Of a stretch of DNA of 64,000 nt, positions 11,331 to 22,113 are shown piece after piece; position 1 is the stretch's first letter; each line of letters begins with the position of its first letter. Location of the stretch: assembly GCA_020184695.1 (NCBI GenBank), contig JAANOX010000126.1, positions 434,001-498,000 on the forward strand. Reading direction: 5' to 3'. This stretch comes from Histomonas meleagridis 2922-C6/04-290x (Eukaryota > Protista > Parabasalia). The notes below the pieces were generated by a model. That model did no database searches, had not been told where the DNA came from, and saw only the letters and a list, made by a program, of their open reading frames with translations. The position numbers were made by a program, and so were the translations under genes.

Positions 11331-13375
11331 ATGAATTTATATTTTTCAAATTATCCTTTATCGTTCAACTATGTTATAGTCTTGTTAATTTATTCTGCTC
11401 TTAAATGTAATGTTGATAATTATAAAGCATATATAAATTATTTAAGATTAATCCAAATGAAGGAAGATGAAATTTATTGTTGCAATCCCAAAATTATTGA
11501 TATTTTTGGATCATTTTTAACAGAAAACTTAACAAATGAATATTATCTTATTAAAAAAATGCTTGAAGAAAAAATAATTGACATCAATAAAGTTAAGGAA
11601 AATCAAATATTTGAAACCACAGAACAACCTCAGAAACGGGACAATTCAAACAAATTATTAGAAATAATTCGAGATGATAAACTTGATGAACTTCAAGAAA
11701 TATCATCACAAACAAATTTTGATTTTAATCAAACAATTGAACCATCACTTTATGAAAAATGTTCTTTTATTAATCACTATAATGTTACATTAATTAGTTA
11801 TGCAGCATTTTTTTCATCAGTTAAATGTTTTAAATATTTACTTATGAATGGAGCAAAAGTGGATAATACAGGTAAATATGCAGTTGCAAGTGGAAATATT
11901 GAAATCATTCATTTATGCGAACAAAATCATTCATCATTTGGAGGTGCATATGAAACAGCAATTAAATTTCATCGAAACGATATCTTTAAATATATTTATG
12001 AAAATAAATTAGAAGAAAATTCAACGGAAGATAATAGCAGAATTTCCCTCATAGACATATCTTTTAAATATAGACATTCCAAGCATCAACCACTTGAGCT
12101 ATTTTGTGTGAAATATAGTAATTATGAAATCCTTTCTTTTTTGAAAGATTATGGAATAAAATTCGATGAAACTGTATTTAATGAATCAGCAAAAATTGGT
12201 AATTTGTTTCTCGTTGAATATCTCATTGAAGATAATAAAGTTCCTAAAGATATTTTACTTTTCTCAGTGCAATCAGGGAATATAGAACTTGTTAAATACA
12301 TTCTTGAACATTATGAAATTGATATCAATTCTAAATCTATTTATTCGTTTTATTTAAAATTAATTTTAATAAATTTATATTTCTAAATAATATTTGGAAA
12401 TTATTTGAATTATTTTGGACAGCACTTATGTTTGCTTCTTATAAAGGTCATACAGAAATCGTAAAATTACTTCTTGAACAAAAAGGAATTAATATTAATG
12501 CTAAAGATATTTTTTTGTTTTATTTGATATTTATTTTAATAATTTTATATTTCAAAATAATATTTGGAAATGATTTAAATTATTTCAAACAGCACTTGGT
12601 TTTGCAGCTATAATGTCATTTAAGAAAGGATACGATGAAATTTTAAAATTACTTCTTGAACAAGAAAATATTGATGTTGATGTTAAGGATGATTTTTCAA
12701 GAAATTATATGGAATTTATTAATTTATTTTAAAACATTACTTATGCTTGCAACAGAAAAAAATAAAATTGATACCGTCAAATTAATTCTTAAAAACAAAA
12801 AAATTGATTTAAATATTAAGGAAAATATTCATTTTTTTTTATATAAGGTTTATAGTAAAAATTATTTGGAATTTATACATAACATATTGGACATCACTTA
12901 TGATTGCATTATTTAATGGTTATACTGATATTGCTAAATTACTTCTTGAGGATAAAAGAACTGACATTAATACTAAAGATATGCATTCGTTTTATTTAAA
13001 ATTTATTTAAGTATATTCTAGATTCAAAATAATATTTGGTATTTATTTACTCAATAAAAAACTCCACTTATTTTAGCAAGATCAAAAGGTCAAAATGAAA
13101 TTGTTCAAATAATTCTTGAAAAAGAAGGAAACATTTCTGACCAGCAAAATGAAAACAATACAAACGGATTTGGTTTACCTGCAAATGATCAAACATCAAC
13201 GAATAGCACATATAGTTTTGGTTTACCTACAAATAATCAAACATCAACTAATAGCACATATAGTTTTGGTTTACCTACAAATAATCAAACATCAACTAAT
13301 AACACATATAGTTTTGGACATTCAAAAAACCGCTACGATGAGGATGTGCGAATCATGCTCGGATTTTATCATTGA
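11331..13375 (+). CDS. DUF3447/ankyrin-repeat protein, locus A, interrupted by five AT-rich elements
   Basis: DUF3447-type region (IRDDKLDELQ...YAAFFSSVKCFKYLL), then ankyrin segments 12419-12508, 12589-12690, 12734-12823, 12891-12980 and 13061-13375. Each segment is stop-free. Inserts lie at 12339-12418, 12509-12588, 12691-12733, 12824-12890 and 12981-13060. Confidence 0.8.
12339..13060 (+). other. Array of five ankyrin-loop interrupting elements (80, 80, 43, 67, 80 nt)
   Basis: Same insertion point in each repeat. TGG lies exactly 24 nt before the Thr codon in all five. Confidence 0.9.
13170..13320 (+). repeat. 48-bp tandem repeat, about 3 copies, encoding FGLPTNNQTSTNSTYS in the locus A tail
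   Basis: tttggtttacct...caaacatcaac.aatagcacatatagt repeated. Confidence 0.9.
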
Positions 13376-14051
13376 AGGAGGAGCTGCCGTCCTCGAAATA
13401 AATTGTTTCTTTCTTCCCATCCAATACATTTAATGACAAAGCCAATGAATGTAAATAACATTGTTCCTCAGCGTAAATACTTTGTTTGCTTTTCATTACG
13501 TTTGGGTAGTTCATTTGTTTTCGGTTTAACAAGTCGATATAAGTGAAATCCAAATTATAACCGCAATTACATTTATTATGATGTGGGTCGAAAGCCATTA
13601 CGTCTATTTAATTTTAGGTTCAACAAAACGGCGCAAGAGAAATGTTGTAAACAGTCTGTACCCCATATGCACTTCAAAGGGGCTCGGCAGAAGGCATCCT
13701 GTTTAACACCTCTAATATTTTCACACATGGAAGGTGGCTACTCCTGTGATTATAAAATCGGAGCAGGATTCGCATTCCATGCGCGCTTTTTTGAATTGCG
13801 ACAATTCAAAACGATCAATTTCGACACAATAAGCAACCACTCGTTATAAACAACGATAGGTTTTTCGTCGAACCGATTTTTCTAACAAATATTTGGGACT
13901 TTTCATTTTTTCTATCACAATTAAACTTTTTGAATTTATTTCAAAAACTTCAATTTTTTGAACTAAAAATCGACGTCATAAAAAAAGCATAAAGTATTCA
14001 ATTTAATTGTCCACTTTCTTCCAGAAAAAAAAACATTTTTTCATTTTTTTA

Positions 14052-15449
14052 TTATTCCGAGGGTTGGACATTCTGAGATGCGAACAATGACATTGGTAAA
14101 GTTGCTATGTCCGATGTAAAAGTTTCTTTTTTATTTATAGGTCTCATATAATAAGACTTTCTTGGTATTATTGGGATTTCCGACAAATATCTAAAAGCGA
14201 ATTGATCTGGGATACTTACGAAATAATCTTTCAAAATCAGATCAACAAACCCACTTGTTTTCATTGGGTTATTTCTTACAGTATATATTTTCTTTAATCT
14301 TAATATTATTTCCGAGTCGTTTGTATTTGCTGATGCAACTTCATATACGATAGCCGCTTTATCATAAAATTCCTCTAACTCATACGTGAGTCCGAGGTTA
14401 AGCCAAGCCTCTGTGAATTTGATATTAATTTGCAAAGCCCTTTGGAACGCAATTTGTGCGTTAGAATATTGTTTATTATTTAAATATAAATTCCCTAAAC
14501 AGAACCAAAAAGGAGAATGATAAAAAAAGAATTGATAACATTTTGATAAGAACATGTGTGAGTTATTAATATCATCCAGTTTTAAACATACTAATCCTGC
14601 CATAAAATATAATAATGGATCAAAGCCAAAGTTAGATAAAGCATCATCAATAACTGTTTTGATTTTGCTGAGATCCTTTTCGGTGGTCATTTTGTGGATA
14701 CAGTATTGTTGAACAACTTGAAGATTGTTCGGATTATTCTTTCTAAGAGTTTTATATATTTCATGCGATTCTAACTTTTTTTGATCAATATATGAAAATG
14801 TTTCAGCAAGTTGTAAAAGAAGATCATTTTGTTCAAGCCCAATAAGTTCGGGATTAACTAAATCAAAATAATGAGATGATTCTTCATATCTTTTGCAAAT
14901 GCGACAAAGAATTCCAAGACGAAAGAAAACATCTTGAATAAAATCAAATCGTTGATTAAGTTTAATGATTTTTTCAAGGTTGTGAATGGCTTCACTATAA
15001 TGTTGGAAATGCGATTGAAGAATACCCATGGAATAGCAATAATAAACATTTTTCTCTGTAATTTGAGGTGGTATTTGGGAAAAATATTCAAATGAGTGAA
15101 TATAATCACCTTTAGACAAATAACAATAACCTAATGTAAGCTTGCTTTGATAATCTTGAGGAGAATTAGAATATTTGATTTCATTTAATGATCTTTGAAT
15201 GGCAAAATCGATGCCTGTCGAAACAATACCTTTTTGATGTGGATCTATACCTATATCATATTTGATAGAGTGTTTGCCAATATAATTTTTTGTTTCTGTT
15301 TCACCAAGTTCATTTAAGATATCATATACAACACGATATGCAATTACACATTTCTTATCAATTTCATTCAAAAGGTCGGAGTTCAATTTAATACATTTTT
15401 GCTCCTCTTCTTCTGATTCAGAATTGCTTCTGCTTTCCCAAACATCCAT
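14052..15449 (-). CDS. TPR-repeat protein (Ssn6/Cyc8-like TPR array)
   Basis: Several TPR motifs (FWFCLGNLY...AFQRAL; AWLNLGLTYE). First plausible ATG at 15449. Confidence 0.8.
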   Translation of the reverse strand: MDVWESRSNSESEEEEQKCIKLNSDLLNEIDKKCVIAYRVVYDILNELGETETKNYIGKHSIKYDIGIDPHQKGIVSTGIDFAIQRSLNEIKYSNSPQDYQSKLTLGYCYLSKGDYIHSFEYFSQIPPQITEKNVYYCYSMGILQSHFQHYSEAIHNLEKIIKLNQRFDFIQDVFFRLGILCRICKRYEESSHYFDLVNPELIGLEQNDLLLQLAETFSYIDQKKLESHEIYKTLRKNNPNNLQVVQQYCIHKMTTEKDLSKIKTVIDDALSNFGFDPLLYFMAGLVCLKLDDINNSHMFLSKCYQFFFYHSPFWFCLGNLYLNNKQYSNAQIAFQRALQINIKFTEAWLNLGLTYELEEFYDKAAIVYEVASANTNDSEIILRLKKIYTVRNNPMKTSGFVDLILKDYFVSIPDQFAFRYLSEIPIIPRKSYYMRPINKKETFTSDIATLPMSLFASQNVQPSE

Positions 15450-15531
15450 GAGGACTGCCCCAAGATTGATAAGTTTATTTAACTTTTGCCGACCACACAA
15501 ACGTATCGTTTCTGGATTTTTTAGTGAAAAA

Positions 15532-16362
15532 ATGGAAAATGTAAAAGACACCTATAAAAATGCAAAATGGTACAATTGTTGTTGGCTTGCAAGAGCTCCA
15601 AAATATATTTCAGCTTATGGGTTTGCTATCAGATTATTCTTTAACCCAATATTAATGAGCTTATTGATCGAAAATATTTTTGTAATTCTTCATTTCAGTA
15701 ATTTTAAACATAAAGAAGAGATACATGATATACTTACTGAACTTCATCATCTTGTTATGCTCCCAATGGTTACTTTAATTGGATTATACACAATTTTTAA
15801 ACAAAAAAGACCTGGTCAGAAACTGGTAAATGGTAGTTACAAAATGATCGGAACTTTATATGGTATGCCTTCAGGAGATTCAATGTATGGTGCAATAATA
15901 TGTTCATTATTATTTTCCAAATCACCTTTATTCAGTATATTTATCTGGCTTTCTGTTTGCTCTTCCAGAGTTTTAGTTGGTTATCACAATATTCAACAAG
16001 TTACAGTCGGAAGCATTTTCGGATTTTTATATGTATTTCTCAAAAATGGATTAGACAAAGAATTATTCATAGTAATCAACTGGGTATTAGCAGCTGTACT
16101 TCCAACTCTTGTATTTTTTGATGACAATTTAATTGAAGTCAGCAAATTTGATTACAATAATTTACAACTGTGGACCATCGCAGATTGTTCATACTTAACA
16201 TTTGACATTCTGTACTGTGCACCTGAAAAATTAAGTCTACTCAGCTGTTCGGATGGTTTGAAATTAGTAATCTCATTTTGCGGATCATTCTTTTGGCTTG
16301 TTTTATATCAATATTTACTTAGGAACGGAATTTCAGTAGCCAAAATGTTACATAGAAAATAA
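15532..16362 (+). CDS. PAP2-family phosphatase (dolichyl-diphosphatase-like)
   Basis: KQKRP, GMPSGDS and SRVLVGYH motifs; several TM segments. Confidence 0.88.
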   Translation: MENVKDTYKNAKWYNCCWLARAPKYISAYGFAIRLFFNPILMSLLIENIFVILHFSNFKHKEEIHDILTELHHLVMLPMVTLIGLYTIFKQKRPGQKLVNGSYKMIGTLYGMPSGDSMYGAIICSLLFSKSPLFSIFIWLSVCSSRVLVGYHNIQQVTVGSIFGFLYVFLKNGLDKELFIVINWVLAAVLPTLVFFDDNLIEVSKFDYNNLQLWTIADCSYLTFDILYCAPEKLSLLSCSDGLKLVISFCGSFFWLVLYQYLLRNGISVAKMLHRK

Positions 16363-16775
16363 AATAATTTATTATTTATTCATAAATCTAATTTGTTGAA
16401 AATTAAAAATAATTTTAATCTTTCAGCATAAAATGATTACGTATTAGAGGTTAAATTTAAAAAAAAAATCCTCAAAATTATCATTTTCAAAAAATTCGAA
16501 TTAACACAAAAATACGATGTTAGATCATAAGGCATTAACATCCACATTGTAAGCACCACTCGAAAGTCTTTTCTTTGGGGTTTAATCGAACGGTTTCGTG
16601 TCGTTTGGTCTTTGGCCAAGGGTCACCCCATTCAAAACTGTTGTATTCAAAAGATTTTCATTCAATTATTTTTTTTTGAATGTACTTTTGTTTTTCGATT
16701 GAAATTCATTGAAAAATTTCAATAGAATAATTAGTTTCTCTTTTGATGTCCGCATTTACTTCATTTTTTTGAGGA

Positions 16776-17198
16776 ATGTTCACTGGAATTAAGGTTCATG
16801 ATGATTGCATGCCTGTATTCAACGACTTCAAGATTGGCCACAAGTACAGCTATGTTCTCTTTACTTTCAGCGATGACGAAAGATTTATCATTGTTGACAA
16901 AACAGGACCAAAGGGAAGTACATACGACGACTTTCTTGCTGACCTCCCAGAACGCGATGTCCGCTTTGCTGTCTATGATTACGATTTCACGAATGATGAC
17001 GGAAATCTTCGCAATCGCCTCATATTTGTCTCGTGGGTTCCAAACGCTGCGCCCGCAAGAAAGAAAATGATCTCTGCTTCGACAAGAATATCCTTCAAGA
17101 ATGCACTCCCTGGCGTAGGACCTAGCATCCAAGCAAACAATCTCGCTGATCTCAATGAGGAAGAGGTTCGCGCAAGGTGCCTCGCATCAATGAAGTAA
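16776..17198 (+). CDS. Cofilin/actin-depolymerizing factor
   Basis: GIKVHDDC, RFAVYDYDF, LIFVSW.P..AP.RKKM..AS motifs. Confidence 0.95.
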   Translation: MFTGIKVHDDCMPVFNDFKIGHKYSYVLFTFSDDERFIIVDKTGPKGSTYDDFLADLPERDVRFAVYDYDFTNDDGNLRNRLIFVSWVPNAAPARKKMISASTRISFKNALPGVGPSIQANNLADLNEEEVRARCLASMK

Positions 17199-17640
17199 AG
17201 GTCTAACCTTTCAAATCTTTTTTATATTTGGACTGAAATTATTCTTATGAACTTCCTTTATGAAATTATTTCTTCAAGATCATTTATGCTTTGAAATGCT
17301 TAAACTATTTCTACGATATATAGTAACCATGAATACAACTTTTTTAAATATCAAATTATATGAACAAAAAAAGAATTATATATCTGTTATAAAAATGGGA
17401 AATTTGTTTATCAATGACTATTCGGAGATTTTAAAAAATGTCTTTACCTCACCAAAAACTATTAAATGACAATTAAATTACAAATAAAAATAATTATGAT
17501 GAAAATGAAAAATCACAAAAAATTTCTGAAACTTTTATAACGATTAAATTCAAAAATCGAAATAATTAAAACACAGAAAATTTCATCCCATTTGATTTGT
17601 CATGACTTGTACCGATAATAAAAAGTCGAAAAAACATTAA

Positions 17641-19074
17641 TCACAATTCGATATTTATTTCTAGTTCATCACAAATGAACTTCACCAAGTTTTCTTTCTG
17701 TAACTTTCCCTTATAATGGATTGGCTTTTTCTTTAGTCCTTCAGCGAACATATATATTGCTGGAGTATTATTTGGGTCTGGCCCCTCCACTCTATCATTT
17801 GCTGCCACATTAAACTTGACGAATTTTATATCATTTTTATTTTCCTTTTTAAAAATTTCAGCAACTTCTTCGAATTGGGGCAGAAATTGTTGGTAAATTC
17901 TATCCCAATCTTCGAAGTACAGCACAATTACATTTATTTTATTATTAATAACATTTTCTTTAAATGTTTCCGCATTAACTTCTTTCACAGTTCCGACATT
18001 ATCATCATCGTTTATTTTAGCACTTCGAATAAATGGTTTTAATTTATGCGATTTATAAAGTTCAATGAAGTTTCCAATGTCTTCAACAGTGAACGGATCT
18101 TCTTCATTATATAAATATTTCTTCATTTGCCCATTTTTGTTATATACTAAAATCGATACTGAAGGATCTGCATAACGACTAAATCCAAGTCCGGTCATAA
18201 AACGATTTCCTGTAACTGCGTCGATAACAGCAATTAGAAATCGTGAATTGTATTGTTCTGATAATTGTAATACAACTTTAAGAGATTCGTCACGTTGTTC
18301 TTCTTCAACTGGTGTAAAGAATAAAAGAATTTGTTTGCCATAGTATTGTCGTTGATTTTGTACTTCAAACGTAACATATTTGGGCTCCATACTATATAAT
18401 AGCCAACGATTTAAGTCTTCGATAGTGGCTGAATCAAGATCGTCAATATACTCGGTTTTAGTATGATCTGATGTGCGATATAAAAAAAGTGTCGGAATGG
18501 TTTCAATACCTAATTCATACGCTATGTCAGCATCAGGGCAAAGACCAAATGAATAATTATCCCGGTTAACGTCGGCAAATTTGTAATACTTATCAAATAA
18601 TGGACCTTCAGGCTTTTCTAAAAAAAGAACAACTGAGCCACTGTTGGACTCAATAAAGTCTTGAGCTATTGAGTAATCATCAAATGTAACAAATGGTATA
18701 CCTGTACGTGACATCGCAAAATCAACAATTCCTTCGGTGGTTGCAGATCCTGTATACCTACCAACTAATTTCCCATAACGGAAGAAATAAAAACTTTTAG
18801 AATCCTTGGTATTTTTGAATGTTTTTTGATTTCGATCACCATCCATTACAGCAAAATAACACCTTGTACCAAGGGAAGATGCGGCACTTAAAAAATCTGA
18901 TCTTGTACGGAACTTTTGATCTTCATCACTTCCATATTGGACAAGAAGAAAAACGGCTGGTAAATCTTCGAATGCGAATGACATATTTTGATCAGATACA
19001 TAAAGTATATTTCCATCCAAACGTAATTTCTTTTTCGATTTAATTAAAAAAGGGAAAACAATTAACAAAAACAT
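17641..19074 (-). CDS. PDI-like multi-thioredoxin-fold protein without CXXC
   Basis: Signal-peptide-like start, VKEVNAETFKENV..., FVKFNVAAN..., C-terminal NIEL. Confidence 0.7.
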   Translation of the reverse strand: MFLLIVFPFLIKSKKKLRLDGNILYVSDQNMSFAFEDLPAVFLLVQYGSDEDQKFRTRSDFLSAASSLGTRCYFAVMDGDRNQKTFKNTKDSKSFYFFRYGKLVGRYTGSATTEGIVDFAMSRTGIPFVTFDDYSIAQDFIESNSGSVVLFLEKPEGPLFDKYYKFADVNRDNYSFGLCPDADIAYELGIETIPTLFLYRTSDHTKTEYIDDLDSATIEDLNRWLLYSMEPKYVTFEVQNQRQYYGKQILLFFTPVEEEQRDESLKVVLQLSEQYNSRFLIAVIDAVTGNRFMTGLGFSRYADPSVSILVYNKNGQMKKYLYNEEDPFTVEDIGNFIELYKSHKLKPFIRSAKINDDDNVGTVKEVNAETFKENVINNKINVIVLYFEDWDRIYQQFLPQFEEVAEIFKKENKNDIKFVKFNVAANDRVEGPDPNNTPAIYMFAEGLKKKPIHYKGKLQKENLVKFICDELEINIEL

Positions 19075-19181
19075 TTTTTTCTTATCCGACCAAATAAAAA
19101 CGGCTTTTTGAATATCGAAACGATTAAAATGCATACAAAAACATTATCTATAAAACTTATTTAAACAAATTACAAAACAAA

Positions 19182-20369
19182 TTATTTCTTTTTCTTGGGA
19201 CTTGTTTTCCCTTGAAGCATTGCCAATTTTTCTTCTTGTATTTCAATTCTTTTCTCCATCAAAGCTGCTGTTCTTGTTATCATTTCCAATTGGTTCACTA
19301 ATCTTTCTAATGCATCTTCAATGAAATCATTTGATGGCATTTTGTAATTAATTTTTTGCGTATTATTATTGTTATTATTCCTTTGAATTGGTTTGCTTAC
19401 GCTCATCGCTTGTTCGATTCTTTTCTGTGAACTGTTTGAAGTTTGTTTCATTTCTTCTTGTAACGTTTTGATCAATTTATCAAATTTCGTTTCCCATAAC
19501 AACAAAATTCCGCTTTTATCACACGTAACGAACTGTGATCCGTCGCTGTTCCATTTCCCATCGTTTACAGGTGACGAGTGCGCATTAATTGTGTAGAAAA
19601 GTTGGCCTTCAACTAAGTCCCAAATGCAGACTTTCTTGTCTAAACTCGTCGTAAGTGCAAAAAGTCCACTCGGATGTATTTGTATCGATGTGATTGATGA
19701 ATTATGCGCTTCATATGTTTGAATTATTTGTTGGTTTCGAGTGTCTATAAGAGCAAAACTGCCATTTGATAATGAACATCCAATAATCGAGCCGTCGGGA
19801 TGGAAGGTGGCACGTGTAACTTGTGATGTCATAGGCCCAAAATCTTGCGTTGTTGTTCGATCTCGAACATCCCATACTCGAACATGATGATCACAACTGG
19901 ATGTGACAATAATATTCCCATCAGATGAAAATGTGGATGAAGTGACCCAGCTCTTATGTCCACGAAGTGAAGAAAGGAATTTACAAGTTTTAAAATCCCA
20001 GATTTTTGCTGATCCATCATTAGACGAGGTTGTAAAACGTGAGCCATCACGCGAAAAATTTATGGAATTGACACAAGAAGAATGCGCTGTGAAAATGTTG
20101 GGTTTGGAACGAACGCTAAGTTTGGCACTTAGAATCTTTCCTTCAGAATTGCCAGATAATATCATGATGCCATCTGGAGAAACATCAATTGAAGTCATTT
20201 TACTTCTTCCTCCTTTGAAAATGACATTTCTTCCATTTGATTTTAAGGGAAGATAATGTACATTTTTATCTGTACCACACGCAACAACGCCACTTCCATC
20301 AGGAAAAAATTGCGTAGAAGTAAGTTCTGTATTTGGAAATGTAATTGTTTCAAGACAAATTGGATCCAT
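19182..20369 (-). CDS. POC1: POC1-like centriolar WD40 protein
   Basis: Seven WD40 repeats plus C-terminal coiled coil ALERLVNQLEMITRTAALMEKRI. Confidence 0.8.
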   Translation of the reverse strand: MDPICLETITFPNTELTSTQFFPDGSGVVACGTDKNVHYLPLKSNGRNVIFKGGRSKMTSIDVSPDGIMILSGNSEGKILSAKLSVRSKPNIFTAHSSCVNSINFSRDGSRFTTSSNDGSAKIWDFKTCKFLSSLRGHKSWVTSSTFSSDGNIIVTSSCDHHVRVWDVRDRTTTQDFGPMTSQVTRATFHPDGSIIGCSLSNGSFALIDTRNQQIIQTYEAHNSSITSIQIHPSGLFALTTSLDKKVCIWDLVEGQLFYTINAHSSPVNDGKWNSDGSQFVTCDKSGILLLWETKFDKLIKTLQEEMKQTSNSSQKRIEQAMSVSKPIQRNNNNNNTQKINYKMPSNDFIEDALERLVNQLEMITRTAALMEKRIEIQEEKLAMLQGKTSPKKKK

Positions 20370-20859
20370 GGATTTTATATACCGTTTACTTAAAGCGAAC
20401 GTTAAAATTCAAAAGATAACTAAAAATAAGCAAAATCACAAGAAACAAGAATTAAAATAGAAGTTGTTATTTTAAGTATCGAATCAATATATGATAAAGA
20501 TATGGAATAAAAACACATTTAAATATTTATAATCAATATGTTGCAAACATAAAAATTTAATATTTCTTGAACAAAAGAATTGATACAAATGCCCAAAATA
20601 TTTGCATTATTTGTTTTACAATTTGATTGATTTGTTTTGTTTTAGTATTTTTTTCATTCAAAATATTTACAATTTAAAAAAAAATATTTTGTACAATATT
20701 TGTATAACCCTCTGTACAACACTGCATTTATTGATAATAATGGGTATGTGAGATATTAAAAAATAATCAATAGTGATAATAAATTCTTTGCTTCAAATTC
20801 ACGACCGTTTATATGATGATAAACGAATCCTATAAAAACTGAAAAGTGCCATAAAAAAT

Positions 20860-21087
20860 ATGGGTTGGCCTGAACCTCCTTTGAATGGGCTTCTTATTGG
20901 AACACTTGTTTTCATTGGTGTTGCTTTCCTTGGAGCAGCCATTGTCGCTATTGCTTTTAGAAAAGGACAGACTTGCTATGCCGTCAATTTCACTGTTATT
21001 CTTATAGTAATGGCATTCATTATGTGGGCATGCACTTACATGGCTCAAATGTATCCACTTGTTTATCCAGAGTATTCAGAAGATTAA
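20860..21087 (+). CDS. V-type ATPase subunit e
   Basis: 75 aa, two TM helices, MWACTYMAQMYPLVYP motif. Confidence 0.9.
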   Translation: MGWPEPPLNGLLIGTLVFIGVAFLGAAIVAIAFRKGQTCYAVNFTVILIVMAFIMWACTYMAQMYPLVYPEYSED

Positions 21088-21269
21088 TCGTAAACACTTT
21101 TTATAATTATTCCATTATTTTTTTGAATTTTTTTAGGCTAAATTTCCTCATTTCCCTGAGGTTAGTGGGTGTGTGGACAAGAAAGAAAATAAAATTAAGC
21201 AAAAAGATTCATCAAAATAAAGTTAATATTATATGATTTATCAATACGCTATAAATTTTAAAAATGAAT

Positions 21270-21341
21270 TCCGATATCGTTCATCGGTTAGGATATGTGG
21301 TTTTCATCCACGGGAGCGGGGTTCGATTCCCCGTATCGGAA
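21270..21341 (+). tRNA. tRNA-Glu (TTC)
   Basis: Acceptor TCCGATA/TATCGGA, anticodon arm TGTGG-TTTTCAT-CCACG, T-loop GGTTCGATTCC, 72 nt. Confidence 0.95.
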
Positions 21342-21698
21342 TGAATTTTTTTAAATAAAAATAAAAAGTGAAGTATTTGGATCAAAATACTGATATCTTA
21401 AGATTTTTTTCAACCAATTCATCATTTATGCATAAATCTTCAAAAAGCTATATTAAAATTGTTAAATTACTTACACTTTATTAATCGAATATGATCACAT
21501 AAATATTGTTCTTAAGTATTTTTGAATTTTATATTTTTTGCTGCTTTCATTATGCCGAATTACTTTAAGTTTCTTTTTAGAAATAATTTCTGAGTTTTTT
21601 CATATTCCCCTTGATGGAGTGTGAATACTAAATATACCATATTTTTATGACTTACTCACATTACAGAGTGTTGATATTGTCACTAAAAATATTAAAAA

Positions 21699-22043
21699 TC
21701 AAACATAGTATTCGCTTTTTTGCATCAATGAGTAAGATGAAGTATCTATTAAAACATATTTTTCTTTTGTTTTTTTTGTTCTTTTTTCTTCACATTCAGA
21801 AACTTTACTTTCAACAGAGCATGTTCTAATAATTAGTCTTTGTATTTTTTTATCAATTTCTTCAAGAAACAAATCATTTTCATCTCTGATATGATTTTCA
21901 TTTAAGAAATCATTGAAATCCATTTTTATGTTTCTTTGCTTTTTCTTAGGCTTTACATTATGATTTTCCTTTCTGTTTTCTTTTGGCTTTTCTATATTTG
22001 CGCAAGTAAAAATCATTTCTACAAATTTTAAACGTATATTCAC
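21699..22043 (-). CDS. Short hypothetical protein
   Basis: ORF with K/E-rich C-terminal half; start uncertain. Confidence 0.4.
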   Translation of the reverse strand: MNIRLKFVEMIFTCANIEKPKENRKENHNVKPKKKQRNIKMDFNDFLNENHIRDENDLFLEEIDKKIQRLIIRTCSVESKVSECEEKRTKKTKEKYVLIDTSSYSLMQKSEYYV

Positions 22044-22113
22044 TTCACATTTTTGAAGAAAAAAAAATTTTTTTTTGTCTATAAATGTTTTTATTGCATT
22101 ATAAATTACACAA

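Noticed and set aside
12509-12588. Inserts as translated hydrophobic segments followed by one programmed frameshift
   Set aside because: Upstream-frame stops in A1, A5 and B1 and a downstream-frame TGA in A2 block it; lengths of 43 and 67 nt would need a different shift.
12339-12592. Ankyrin inserts as ordinary GT-AG introns (GT at insert position 9, AG within ACAG of Thr-Ala)
   Set aside because: That excision is 76 nt and leaves the frame broken. GT is AT in C2-C4, AG is absent in A3, A4, A5 and B1, and there is no ACTAAC branch motif.
13740-13775. SRP RNA helix 8 (CGGAGCAGG)
   Set aside because: The matching CAGG strand and GNRA tetraloop are missing.
16761-17132. Antisense and overlapping ORFs in the track (e.g. 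16761-17132, 19903-20256, 25101-25643, 36446-36793, 45607-45999)
   Set aside because: They are shadows of well-supported genes or repeats and have no motifs.
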